Shown in pieces: positions 24,851 through 33,461 of a stretch of 44,507 nucleotides of DNA. Under the pieces are notes generated by a model. The model was given only the letters and a program-made list of their open reading frames with translations, was not told where the DNA came from and ran no database searches. The position numbers were made by a program, and so were the translations under genes. The stretch's first letter is position 1. Every line of letters starts with the position of its first letter. This stretch comes from a virus (taxonomy: Duplodnaviria; Caudoviricetes): positions 1 to 44,507 of the IMG/VR virus record IMGVR_UViG_3300033407_000036; one strand, written 5' to 3'.

Positions 24851-25801
24851 TTACCGGATACCATACAGGGCGTAAGTCCCGCCGTCGAAGTTGCCGGAGC
24901 CGTTCCAGAGAAAGCGGAGGGCGTTCACTGCATCGGTGCCTCCGACATACGATCCATTGCCCGCGAACCCCGCGCCGGCACTATTATTCCCGGCGTATGC
25001 AATAAAGGGGTACATGCCCCCTTGATAATTGGTAATACGACCCACGAAGTCGAGCGTAGCGGCTGCGGCTTGATTTCCGGGCTGGGTCGCAAAGATCGTT
25101 GCTGAACCTACGAAGTTGGTCCCATCATCCGCAAAGCCGACATAATTTGTCGCTATGAAGTTCGACCCGTTGTCGATGCTGATCTGGACTTGAATCTTCC
25201 GGGTGGCAGTGTTGCTCGACGCTGCCAGCGCAACAAGCATCAACTCCCGATAGGTCGCCGGGATGTCGGTGATGTCGAGCACCGCGGCGGCAGGGAACGA
25301 GCCCGAAGCGATGGTCGTGACGCGCGCAGCCAGCCCCATCGGGTTGAGCAGTATCCACGCCCCGCCTGCCGTATCGGCACTGGCGTCCCACTGGAGCAGG
25401 CAATGCTGGTCAATGACGATGTCGTTGGCGTCCAGAGCCACATCGTTCGGGGTGGTGCCGGTGAAGGCCACCTTTCGAATGGGCTCCGCCCCGATGCTAT
25501 CGACGTTGAGGGTGGATGCTCCGGTGTTGGCGTGGTTGGCCACGAAGCAGACAAAATTGCCGTCCGCATACGCCGTATCGAGGCCCTGGTTGGTCGTCAG
25601 GGTGTAGGCGCTGGATGAACCGCCAGAGGTAAGCTGCCCTCCCTGATCGTCTCGGAAGTTGGCGATCGCCGCCATCATGGAGCGGGCAGAGTTGTTCACC
25701 GAGCCCGGCGTCTGGCCTTCCGACCATCCAATTGCGGTGTCAGCATCGTTGTTGTCGGCGGCGGTTTTGCTCCAGCCGGCGACACTTTCAGAAACGGCCA
25801 T
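24851..25801 (-). CDS. Tail fibre / tailspike-like protein
   Basis: WSKTAADN...WSEGQTPGSVNNSARSMMAAIA N-terminus, ANTGASTLNV motif, beta-rich C-terminus ending ALYGIR. Confidence 0.8.
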   Translation of the reverse strand: MAVSESVAGWSKTAADNNDADTAIGWSEGQTPGSVNNSARSMMAAIANFRDDQGGQLTSGGSSSAYTLTTNQGLDTAYADGNFVCFVANHANTGASTLNVDSIGAEPIRKVAFTGTTPNDVALDANDIVIDQHCLLQWDASADTAGGAWILLNPMGLAARVTTIASGSFPAAAVLDITDIPATYRELMLVALAASSNTATRKIQVQISIDNGSNFIATNYVGFADDGTNFVGSATIFATQPGNQAAAATLDFVGRITNYQGGMYPFIAYAGNNSAGAGFAGNGSYVGGTDAVNALRFLWNGSGNFDGGTYALYGIR

Positions 25802-25803
25802 GG

Positions 25804-26013
25804 TTATTTCATCCTGAATGCGTCAGGGTCGATGACGACCAGAAACGCTGGGTCCGGCGGGCAGTGGACGCGCATCACGGACTGGAGGAAGACGGAGTCG
25901 TCAGCCTCGCTGGCCATGTAGCGGTCTTCTTCGTTGACGTACGGGAAGAGCTTCCGGGCGAGCCGGGCGGAACACCGAAGCTCGACCAGCGGTCCAGTTC
26001 TCTGCATGGTCAC
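25804..26013 (-). CDS. Hypothetical protein
   Basis: Fills the gap with a GTGA overlap. Confidence 0.5.
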   Translation of the reverse strand: MTMQRTGPLVELRCSARLARKLFPYVNEEDRYMASEADDSVFLQSVMRVHCPPDPAFLVVIDPDAFRMK

Positions 26014-27791
26014 CAGCCTCGGATGACGGGGAGGAAGGACGAAGCGAACTCGTTGTAGAGGCCCGCGCCGCCGGGAGGCCCGAGGGGCGTCTGCCAGCGC
26101 CGTCCCTGTGGGGTCTGCACCCGGAGCATGGTCGGCCCTCCCTGCTGTGGGATGTGCTGCCAGCGGTAGCCGAGGGGGTCGGTGCCTGACCGGCCCCGCA
26201 TCTGGGGAGGCATCGGGTTGGGACGGGGGAACGGAGACTGCCCCGAGGTCACGTCCACGACGGGCGGGCTCTCGACGGACGTCCGGGGCGCCATGACGGG
26301 AATGCCGCGCTCGCGGTCGGCCGCCATCTGCTGAGCCCGCTGCGCTTCCATGTAGTCCCGGAACGGGTCCGGCATGGTCTGACCGAGCATGATCTGGGCC
26401 AGCGGGTCTTGCTGGCCGGTGACAGTGTTCGGAAGCGGTGCAGTGGTCGGAGGCACACTCGGCACGGGGCCTGTCGGCATACCGAGCGCATTCATGGCGC
26501 CGGGACCTCCGAGATAGGCCGGAACGGTCCCCCGGTTGCGCTGTGTCCCTGCCTCTCGGTCACTGCGCGCCGCGGCCGACCCGTCGGGGGAGTCGCCTAC
26601 TACGTTTCGGTGGATAGTCGGAAGCCGCTGCCAGTTGTCGATCGGGCGCTCAGGGTCCGGGATGAACGCCTGCCGGAACCGCGCCGGGTCCACTGCCGGG
26701 GCTTGCTCCTGAGGCGCGAGGCTCGGGAGCATCGGAGGCTGATCCGGTGCCACCCGCATCTGGACAGGGGGACGCTGTTGGGCCTGCATTTGGGGCGGGG
26801 CGGCGGGGGAGCCATTCTCGGAGATAACCCCGCGCTTGATCAGCGCCTCGCGCACCGCGCCGTTCGCCCATTCCTCAGGCGGCACCCAGCGCTCTTCGAG
26901 CATGTTCCACATGTACCACTCAGCCGGCTTGGGCGGGCGGCCCTCTTCGTCGAGTGGTTCCGGGGCGGAGATCCCGCGGGTCCGGGACGGCGAGACCGGA
27001 CGGTCCTCAGCTAAGGCGTTCACTGCCCCCACTGCTGGGGCTTCGACTGCCCCCGGCGCAAAGGCCCTTTCCCGGGCCACAGGCTGCACAGGAAGGCCGT
27101 AGCGTTGAGCGAAGGCCATTCCACCCGGGGAGGCGCGGAACTCGCCCAGCGCCGATTTTGTGGCCTCGTCGAGCTGTCCCGAGGGGGTGACGTTGAAGCC
27201 TTGGTCCCGGAGGGCTTCCTGAGCGAGGCGGACGGTCTCTCGGTCGGGACCGGCGGGAGAAGCGGCAACGTCGAAGTCCTCGCGTCCCCACAGGTTGGCG
27301 TAGCGGGTCGTCGGCGCCCTATTGTTCTGCGTGTGGCTCTTGATAAAGCCCGCGCCCTGCCGAGCGTAGACCTGCTGGCCACGGCTGTTCAGGCCCGTTT
27401 CCCAGTTGCCCAACGCCGTGCCACCCGATCCAAAGTCGAAGTGCATGAGGTCGGGGCCGCCCTGGTCGAACCACCCGCCCCAGCGGAACTGGTTCGACAT
27501 TTCGGGGTAAAGCTGCTGTTGAGCCTGTCGGGCCTGCCGTGCGAACGCCTCATATTGCGGGTAGGTTGAGGCTGTCTTGTAGTTCGGAAGCTCTTGGCCC
27601 GTCCTCGGGTCCACAAGGACGATATCGACGGCGTTGTTGCCGTGGTGCTGGCTTCCGCGGCGACGACCGGGACGCGCGCCGGAAAAGATCACCACGTCAT
27701 ACGGAGACGCTGCGGCGGCCTGCTCGATAATTTTGACGAGGCGCGGGTTGGTTCCACGCGCGGCTCTGCCCCGAATGGCAAACTTGCCCAT
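26010..27791 (-). CDS. Virion/ejection protein with an M15-like peptidase domain and a PG-binding-like domain
   Basis: SQHHGNNAVD...RWGG...DLMHFD; VRLAQEALRDQGF...GQLDEATKSAL; Pro/Gln-rich remainder. Confidence 0.7.
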   Translation of the reverse strand: MGKFAIRGRAARGTNPRLVKIIEQAAAASPYDVVIFSGARPGRRRGSQHHGNNAVDIVLVDPRTGQELPNYKTASTYPQYEAFARQARQAQQQLYPEMSNQFRWGGWFDQGGPDLMHFDFGSGGTALGNWETGLNSRGQQVYARQGAGFIKSHTQNNRAPTTRYANLWGREDFDVAASPAGPDRETVRLAQEALRDQGFNVTPSGQLDEATKSALGEFRASPGGMAFAQRYGLPVQPVARERAFAPGAVEAPAVGAVNALAEDRPVSPSRTRGISAPEPLDEEGRPPKPAEWYMWNMLEERWVPPEEWANGAVREALIKRGVISENGSPAAPPQMQAQQRPPVQMRVAPDQPPMLPSLAPQEQAPAVDPARFRQAFIPDPERPIDNWQRLPTIHRNVVGDSPDGSAAARSDREAGTQRNRGTVPAYLGGPGAMNALGMPTGPVPSVPPTTAPLPNTVTGQQDPLAQIMLGQTMPDPFRDYMEAQRAQQMAADRERGIPVMAPRTSVESPPVVDVTSGQSPFPRPNPMPPQMRGRSGTDPLGYRWQHIPQQGGPTMLRVQTPQGRRWQTPLGPPGGAGLYNEFASSFLPVIRGW

Positions 27792-27803
27792 TCGCGTCTC
27801 CTG

Positions 27804-27832
27804 GTGACTTACCGGCGGGGAGTGATTATCTT
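27804..27832 (+). promoter_or_regulatory. Putative sigma70 moron promoter (leaderless transcript)
   Basis: GTGACT-N17-TATCTT, with the ATG 7 nt downstream. Confidence 0.45.
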
Positions 27833-27838
27833 GGAGCG

Positions 27839-28069
27839 ATGCCGTTTTCAGAATGGCCCGCTCACCTGAAGGCCGGCGCCATCGTCACGCTCACCGTGGC
27901 GGGGCTGGCGGTCTATTTCGCCGCTGACTGGTTCATGCACGCCCTGCCGACCGGCCTCGTCTGGCCGTTCGTTGGTGTGATGATGGCGTTCGCCCTAGCG
28001 TGCGGAATTGTTGGGTACGCCCCGGCGTACCGCGAGTGGCGGCAGCGTCGGAACCGTAATCGCCTGTAG
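27839..28069 (+). CDS. Two-TM membrane protein (antisense moron, possible superinfection exclusion)
   Basis: Two hydrophobic helices and a basic tail; antisense within the ejection genes. Confidence 0.65.
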   Translation: MPFSEWPAHLKAGAIVTLTVAGLAVYFAADWFMHALPTGLVWPFVGVMMAFALACGIVGYAPAYREWRQRRNRNRL

Positions 28070-29641
28070 GAAGCGGGTCGTCGCCTCATCAGCACCACGG
28101 ACGACGCCCGGTGGCGGAGGTGGCATTTGCCCGCCCGCCCGGATCATCCGGCTGACGTTCATCGCGGCACTCGTGGTCAGCCGGTTGCCTGCCGCGCGTC
28201 CTACCTCACCCAGAGCCGGGAGGGCAGCAAAGCCCACTGGACCGCCAACCGCGAACTGGCTGGCTGCTGGGCTCAGAAGCACACTGAGCCCGCCGCGCGG
28301 GGAGAGCTTGCCCATCCATCGCATCAGGTTGGCCATAGACCCGCCGCGAACCACTGCCCGGATGGAAGCGATCTCGGCCTTCGTGAAGAACCGCAGCGGT
28401 CCGGTGCGTGGATTGCTGCGGAGCAGGTTCCGGAACTCTTGGCGAAGCGCAGTGGACATCGAAGCGCTGGTAAAGACGCCCTTCGACGTGTCCCGCGCCC
28501 GCTCGAATATCTGTTCTATCAATTCGCCCTTGCGATAGCGCCCATTCATGTCGCGCGCCCGCCTGATAAGGTCAGCTGCACGGGCTGGGTCACCAGAGAT
28601 AACGTCACCCGGTCGCATGCCGAGCCCGTCGATATAGTCGTCGAGCTTCTCGATCAGTTGCCTGCCGATTTCGCGCTCTTCGGGCTTTGTCGCCCGCAGC
28701 ATCTGCCGCAACCGGTCCATGTTTTGAAGCGTCGGCGTGTTTGCGGCACCCATCATGTCGCCGGCTTCGTCCAGCGCGTTGGCAATCGTGCTGTGGCTGC
28801 GGGCACTGAACCCGAGCCGGTTCGCCTCGTCTGTCCAGTCCCAGACGAACCGCGACCAACTCGGCTGCGACACTCGAAGACCGACCGCCTCCGCCTCGCG
28901 ATACAGTTCGCCCTTCATGCCGCGGAGATCTTCAACCGAAGGGACAGCCCGACGTGAGGCGCGATTGCCGAACCATTGGCCAACCTTCTGCCCAATGGCA
29001 GGGATAGCACCGCCTGTCAGGCCGCCGATGCCGGCGCCGATGCCAACAGCCGTGGGGTCCCAATCGTTGCGAATGCCGGCATCGACCCCACCAACGGTGG
29101 CGCCCGTCGTGGTGCCTGCTAGGATGCGCGCCGGCAGGTTCGGCCCTGTGATGCCAAAGAGCGCCTTGCCGATGCCTGTCCCCGCCGCAAGGCCGGTCGA
29201 GGCAATGCCACCAACAAGCGGCAGGACGTTCGCGGCCAGCGGGTGGTTCTGAGCGAACCGGGCGTCCTGTTCTGGACGTGGATCGGCCTTGTCCGCGAGG
29301 GCTCCGAGGATGGGCACGCCTCGGGCCGTCGAACGCGCCATCGAGTCAAGGCTCTCCGACCCACGCGAGAAGGCACCCTCGATCCACGGAGCCGCACCGC
29401 CGGCATCGTCAACCTGCTGCCGCAACGCCTCCGCGACATTCCGGCGAGGCGGAGGCGGGGTGCCTCCTACAAGAGCGCCGAGCGCGCCGCCGGGGCCGTT
29501 CGGGTCGCCAGCTTGGGGAGCAGCGACCGGCTGTTCGCCCTGCCGCGTGCGGAGCATCTGGATAGCCTGCTGCGCCTGTGCGGCGTCAGGGGCCTCGATC
29601 TCGAAGCGCCGGCCGTCGATCTCGACTTCGTAGCGGGGCAT
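27995..29641 (-). CDS. DNA ejection/transfer protein
   Basis: MPRYEVEIDGRRFEIEAPD N-terminus; Gly/Ala-rich hydrophobic middle; synteny with P22-like ejection genes. Confidence 0.75.
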   Translation of the reverse strand: MPRYEVEIDGRRFEIEAPDAAQAQQAIQMLRTRQGEQPVAAPQAGDPNGPGGALGALVGGTPPPPRRNVAEALRQQVDDAGGAAPWIEGAFSRGSESLDSMARSTARGVPILGALADKADPRPEQDARFAQNHPLAANVLPLVGGIASTGLAAGTGIGKALFGITGPNLPARILAGTTTGATVGGVDAGIRNDWDPTAVGIGAGIGGLTGGAIPAIGQKVGQWFGNRASRRAVPSVEDLRGMKGELYREAEAVGLRVSQPSWSRFVWDWTDEANRLGFSARSHSTIANALDEAGDMMGAANTPTLQNMDRLRQMLRATKPEEREIGRQLIEKLDDYIDGLGMRPGDVISGDPARAADLIRRARDMNGRYRKGELIEQIFERARDTSKGVFTSASMSTALRQEFRNLLRSNPRTGPLRFFTKAEIASIRAVVRGGSMANLMRWMGKLSPRGGLSVLLSPAASQFAVGGPVGFAALPALGEVGRAAGNRLTTSAAMNVSRMIRAGGQMPPPPPGVVRGADEATTRFLQAITVPTLPPLAVRRGVPNNSAR

Positions 29642-30903
29642 TATGGAAGCTCCCGAAAGCGGACGCCCGGCGCGATCTCGACCCAGCCGTCCTCACCCTC
29701 GCGCGGTCCACCCAGACGGGCGCGGTTGCGGGCGATCTCCGCCTTGGTGTCCCGGATGACGCGGTCGAGCTTGGCCTTGAAGGTGATCGGGTCGTCGTCC
29801 TTGTTCGGCAGGGCCGCGATGAGCCGCACCGCTTCCTCCGGCGAGATGGCCGCGCCTGACATCTCATGCAGATATTCGTTCATGTTGGCCGCGGTCGTGG
29901 CCTGCCATGTCGCATAGTCTTCGAGTTTAGCCGCTTCCTCCGGCGGCAAAGACCCAGTGAGCCACGCGCGCCAACTGCGGATGGTGTTGCCGGCCTGCCC
30001 CCAGATCGTGGCATATTCCGGCTTGAAGGACCGCTCAATCTCAGTCAGCCCGGCGAGCGCATCCTCGGCACTGATGATAGCCTTCTGCACGCCGGTCGTG
30101 GTGGTTGGGGTAAGGTCAGCACCCGCTCCCTGCCGGAACTCGAACTGGCCGGTGTCCTGATTGAAGCTGATCGCCATGCCGCTGGGGGCCTTCGGGCCGC
30201 TGGCAGGGACAAAGCCCCGCTCGTCGGCGTCAGGGTCGTTCGGCATGTAGAGCGCCGGATACGGCATCCCCTTTTCGTCATTGAGGGTGTAGAGTTTCGG
30301 GCCGTCTGCGCTCGCCGTGGCTGGCACGCTGGCAATTGGAGCACCGCCTGGTCCGAACCGAGTTTGACCTGGGCTGAGCGTGTACCCGCTATCCTCTCCT
30401 CCGGGCACGCTGGCCAGCGGCCGACCGTCTGGGCCGAACCTGGTCTGGCCAGGGCCGAGGGTGAACGGGTCGGGCTGCTCCGCCGGCTTCATCGCCTCGA
30501 CGATGGCAGCCTGAGCCACTTCCGGGAGGGCAGACAGGCCGGTGTCCAGCCCGTAATTCTGGAGCACCGTGGCCAACGCCTGTTCCCGCTTCCGCCGCAG
30601 TTCCGCTTCGGTGCGCTCCTTGTTCCGATAGGCGTCGGTGGCCCTGCCTGAGGCCAAGCCTTGCATGGAGGCTTCGACAGCCTGCTTTCGGGTCTGGGCC
30701 AGGAGCAAGGGAAGGCCGAAGCCCATGAGGGCGGCGGAGCGGTCCCGGAGGAAGTTCTTTACCCTCGGCAGGCCCGGCTGGGGGCGGAGCGAGGCGAGGA
30801 TGCCGCCGGGCTGGCCGAAGGCTCCGAGAAGCCCCTGGCGCTCCTCCTCTCCGCGAGGGGCCAGCACTCCTGCGTATCCGGCGTCATTACCGTATCTGGG
30901 CAT
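29641..30903 (-). CDS. DNA ejection/transfer protein with a two-copy internal repeat
   Basis: FTLGPGQTRFGPDGRPLASVP / YTLSPGQTRFGPGGAPIASVP; C-terminal SGAAISPEE motif. Confidence 0.75.
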   Translation of the reverse strand: MPRYGNDAGYAGVLAPRGEEERQGLLGAFGQPGGILASLRPQPGLPRVKNFLRDRSAALMGFGLPLLLAQTRKQAVEASMQGLASGRATDAYRNKERTEAELRRKREQALATVLQNYGLDTGLSALPEVAQAAIVEAMKPAEQPDPFTLGPGQTRFGPDGRPLASVPGGEDSGYTLSPGQTRFGPGGAPIASVPATASADGPKLYTLNDEKGMPYPALYMPNDPDADERGFVPASGPKAPSGMAISFNQDTGQFEFRQGAGADLTPTTTTGVQKAIISAEDALAGLTEIERSFKPEYATIWGQAGNTIRSWRAWLTGSLPPEEAAKLEDYATWQATTAANMNEYLHEMSGAAISPEEAVRLIAALPNKDDDPITFKAKLDRVIRDTKAEIARNRARLGGPREGEDGWVEIAPGVRFRELP

Positions 30904-30911
30904 GGCTATCC

Positions 30912-30940
30912 TTGCACGGAGTCGGCAGAAATGCTAGGGT
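30912..30940 (+). promoter_or_regulatory. Putative sigma70 promoter of tRNA-like RNA copy A
   Basis: cTTGCAC-N17-TAGGGT with TG at the extended -10; predicted +1 near 30946. Confidence 0.6.
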
Positions 30941-30945
30941 TTTCG

Positions 30946-31124
30946 TTCTGGCGAGCGGCGTGGAAAGCAGACACGCTGCGGAGAGCGATCACCAAGGGCA
31001 GCCGCCGGTCCACCAAACTCGGCGCGAATGATCGGATAAGGCCGCGCAGCGGGATGGGGGTGGTACCCCGAACGTCGCGTGGAAACCGTCTGCCCAGCGG
31101 GAGTAGCGCCCCGCCTCGCCTGAC
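30946..31124 (+). ncRNA. tRNA-like structured RNA, copy A
   Basis: GGCGAG/CTCGCC closing stem, GCGTG-GAAAGCAGA-CACGC arm, GGGCAG/CTGCCC domain and GCGGG-AGTAGCGC-CCCGC arm. Ends are shared with copy B. Confidence 0.75.
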
Positions 31125-31987
31125 TACACATAGCCCCGCTGCGGCTGCCGGCTGGCAAGGATGCCCCCGGACGGCGTGTTCACCCCCTGCTGGTCGCCCA
31201 TGAAGCCGCCGAGCAATCCAGCAATGCCGGTCACGCCACCAAGAATCTGCTGCCACAGCGGCACCGGAGGCTCTTGCGTCTCTGTCGTTCCGTAGGGCGC
31301 TCCGGAGCCGAGGATGCCCGCATACTGGCGGTTAACATCGTCCCGCGGGTCCCATGTCCTCAACTGGTCGAGGATGGGCTGCAGGGCGATCTGGCGGGCC
31401 TGGGTATCGCCGTAGCTGTTGAGGACGCCCTGCCGCAGCCCGAGGGCGTTCTGATAGAGCCCCTGCCTGCCTTGCTGGGCTCCTTCGATGGAGTTCGCCG
31501 CACCGATCTGCCGGTCCCGCTCCGCCTGGTAGTTCTGGTTGAGGATGCCGCTCCGAATGCCGCCAACGGTGTTGACGAAGTCCTTATCCATCGCCCCCGA
31601 AAAGCCGCGCCCGGCAGCGGAATACATGCTCTTGAGGGAGTTGACGGCCGGGTCTACGGCGCTCTGAATGACGCCTTCGAGGTGCGGCGAGCCGTTGAGA
31701 TATTCGCCCTTTGCGGTACCGGTCAGGTAGTTCTCCGCCGCGCCGGACTGTAGGGCCTGACCGCCGGCTCTAGCGGTATCGGCGAGGAGCCCCTGGTAAT
31801 AGGGCGCGGTGGTAATGCCGAGGCCGGCTACGTTCCTTCCGGGAACCTGCCCACCGGGAAAGCGGGCCATGTTCTGGTTGTAGACGTTGCCGGCGCCGCC
31901 AAAGAGGTTCTGGAGCGGCTCCTGGATTGGCCCCCACGGCTCGGAGATCGTCTTGCCGGTGGTTTCGAGTTCGTTGTTGCCGGCCAT
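31124..31987 (-). CDS. DNA ejection protein (gp7-like position)
   Basis: EPWGPIQEPL, YLNGSPHL, AAGRGFSG and NYQAERDRQ; Gly-rich hydrophobic C-terminus. Confidence 0.75.
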   Translation of the reverse strand: MAGNNELETTGKTISEPWGPIQEPLQNLFGGAGNVYNQNMARFPGGQVPGRNVAGLGITTAPYYQGLLADTARAGGQALQSGAAENYLTGTAKGEYLNGSPHLEGVIQSAVDPAVNSLKSMYSAAGRGFSGAMDKDFVNTVGGIRSGILNQNYQAERDRQIGAANSIEGAQQGRQGLYQNALGLRQGVLNSYGDTQARQIALQPILDQLRTWDPRDDVNRQYAGILGSGAPYGTTETQEPPVPLWQQILGGVTGIAGLLGGFMGDQQGVNTPSGGILASRQPQRGYV

Positions 31988-31995
31988 GGTATTTC

Positions 31996-32024
31996 CTTGT
32001 CGGGAATCGGCTGGTTTGGTATGT
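31996..32024 (+). promoter_or_regulatory. Putative sigma70 moron promoter
   Basis: TTGTCG-N17-TATGTT, then GGAGG and ATG 32046. Confidence 0.55.
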
Positions 32025-32045
32025 TTGGCGTTCACGGAGGAAGCT

Positions 32046-32237
32046 ATGATCGCTCGCCGCTACACTGCCGATGAGGTCGATTCGATGCGGGTGGCGCTAC
32101 TCGTGAGCAGTCGGATATCGGACGCACAGGTGCTCGAAGAAACGCTCCGGACCTACATCATCGCCGGGGTCGATCCGGAGGAGTTGCTGGAACGCGCTCA
32201 TCAGCCGCCCGCAGCGGTCACGCTGGACGCTGCCTAA
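32046..32237 (+). CDS. Hypothetical protein (antisense moron)
   Basis: Own promoter and RBS; LEETLRTYIIAGVDPEEL. Confidence 0.7.
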   Translation: MIARRYTADEVDSMRVALLVSSRISDAQVLEETLRTYIIAGVDPEELLERAHQPPAAVTLDAA

Positions 32238-32653
32238 AGAGACTTTGTCAACTGGATGGTCGGCCGCTCCCGATAGCCCGGAAGCACCTTCTGCCACCCC
32301 GCCCGTGAGCCGGGCTCGATCAGGATTTCAGTGCAGCCGTTGAAGCGGCCGTAGTTCTCTAGCTCTTGAAGCAGATGAAGCCAGCGGTGACGCTGCTTCC
32401 CTGCCAGCCACCGGATGGCGAGCACCCTTTTGCCCGAGGCCTTGATTAGTATCTTGGTCCCTGCGGCCGCCCAGATGCGGCGAGTGTCCGGGTCCAAAGC
32501 TACCCAGATTTTGAGATAGTCGCCGCGGGCCTGCCGCAGGGTCTCGTTTACGGGCCAGTCATCCGGGAAGCGGGACGCCATCTGTTCGGCGAAGGGGAGG
32601 ATGATCGGCCACCACCGCTCCAGCGCTTCGAGCGGAACGGGATACAGGATCAC
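32234..32653 (-). CDS. Virion assembly protein (P22 gp14-like position, GNAT-like)
   Basis: LAIRWLAG...LENYGRFNGC...GSRAGWQKVL; GTGA overlap with the upstream gene. Confidence 0.7.
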   Translation of the reverse strand: MILYPVPLEALERWWPIILPFAEQMASRFPDDWPVNETLRQARGDYLKIWVALDPDTRRIWAAAGTKILIKASGKRVLAIRWLAGKQRHRWLHLLQELENYGRFNGCTEILIEPGSRAGWQKVLPGYRERPTIQLTKSL

Positions 32654-32886
32654 GCCGTCGCTGGTTCCCGCCATTTCAGGTGGTTGCGGGTATAAACGAC
32701 CCACAGGGCGAGGTTCATCGGCAGAAGGCCCCACGAAGCGGAGGCGATAATCCAGATGAGCCAGAGCAGTTGACTGAAGAGACCAACCGCCCAAGTGTGT
32801 TTCTTCTTGCTCCCGGCTAGAAACATCGTATAGATTGTTATAGCTGAAAGCAGCCACGGAAGATAGGCCGCGACGACATTCTGCAT
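32650..32886 (-). CDS. Three-TM membrane protein, PnuC-half/SemiSWEET-like
   Basis: Three hydrophobic helices; WAVGLFSQLLWLIW; C-terminal LKW. Confidence 0.65.
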   Translation of the reverse strand: MQNVVAAYLPWLLSAITIYTMFLAGSKKKHTWAVGLFSQLLWLIWIIASASWGLLPMNLALWVVYTRNHLKWREPATA

Positions 32887-32895
32887 GAATTCTCC

Positions 32896-33300
32896 TTACC
32901 CCGGCTTCATCACGTGCCAACCGAAAGTCTTGTCCGAGTTGGCGTCGTTGGCGTGGGTGATGACAAACTGGCCCTTGGTGGTGGTCGCGGTGTAGATCGA
33001 GCCAGCGCCGAACTCAGCCGCGGCATTGGCCGTCCGGGGGAACAGGAAGGCGTAGCCGTCAGCCGGGATTTCGTCCTTCGTGACAGTCGTGGATGCTGCA
33101 TTGGCCGTGAGCGTCACCGTCCCGGTGACGACGTTCTGACCCTCGGTAGACTGGCGTATGGTGCCGGCGTGTTCGGCCAGTCGCTTCGACAGTTCCTTGA
33201 GGGCGACCTGAGCCTGTGCAGCGAAAGAGATAAGGTCCGGGAGGGAACTACCGGGATGGCGCTGCGGGACGTTGACCGGGGAGAGCGGGGGGCGGTTCAT
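32896..33300 (-). CDS. Putative tail needle/structural protein
   Basis: Helical N-terminus plus TGTVTLTANAASTTV...FVITHAN; follows the gp10-like gene. Confidence 0.7.
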   Translation of the reverse strand: MNRPPLSPVNVPQRHPGSSLPDLISFAAQAQVALKELSKRLAEHAGTIRQSTEGQNVVTGTVTLTANAASTTVTKDEIPADGYAFLFPRTANAAAEFGAGSIYTATTTKGQFVITHANDANSDKTFGWHVMKPG

Positions 33301-33461
33301 TCGCTGTAATACCGCTCCGGATTGTCAACCTCGTAGTTGGACAGGACGCAGTGCTCATCCCGGGCGCGCATGAACGCCAGCGCCTTCTCCTCCGTCGAGA
33401 AAACGTGCGTATCGAACGAGGTCGCGCCTCGGAGCACCTGAACAATCCAGACGGTCATCAT
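33297..33461 (-). CDS. Hypothetical protein (54 aa)
   Basis: Translated by hand: MMTVWIVQVLRG...VFSTEEKALAF; ATGA overlaps at both ends. Confidence 0.6.
   Translation of the reverse strand: MMTVWIVQVLRGATSFDTHVFSTEEKALAFMRARDEHCVLSNYEVDNPERYYSE

Noticed and set aside
24851-25801. Diversity-generating retroelement or invertible tail-fibre cassette
   Set aside because: No reverse transcriptase, invertase or duplicated variable/template repeat was seen.
30946-31124. Calling the two structured RNAs canonical tRNAs or tmRNA
   Set aside because: No 7-nt anticodon loop, no GUUC T-loop and no convincing tag reading frame; they are also much shorter than tmRNA.
30906-31256. Minus-strand ORFs spanning the gap between the ejection genes
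   Set aside because: No protein-like features; the gap is explained by the promoter and RNA copy A.
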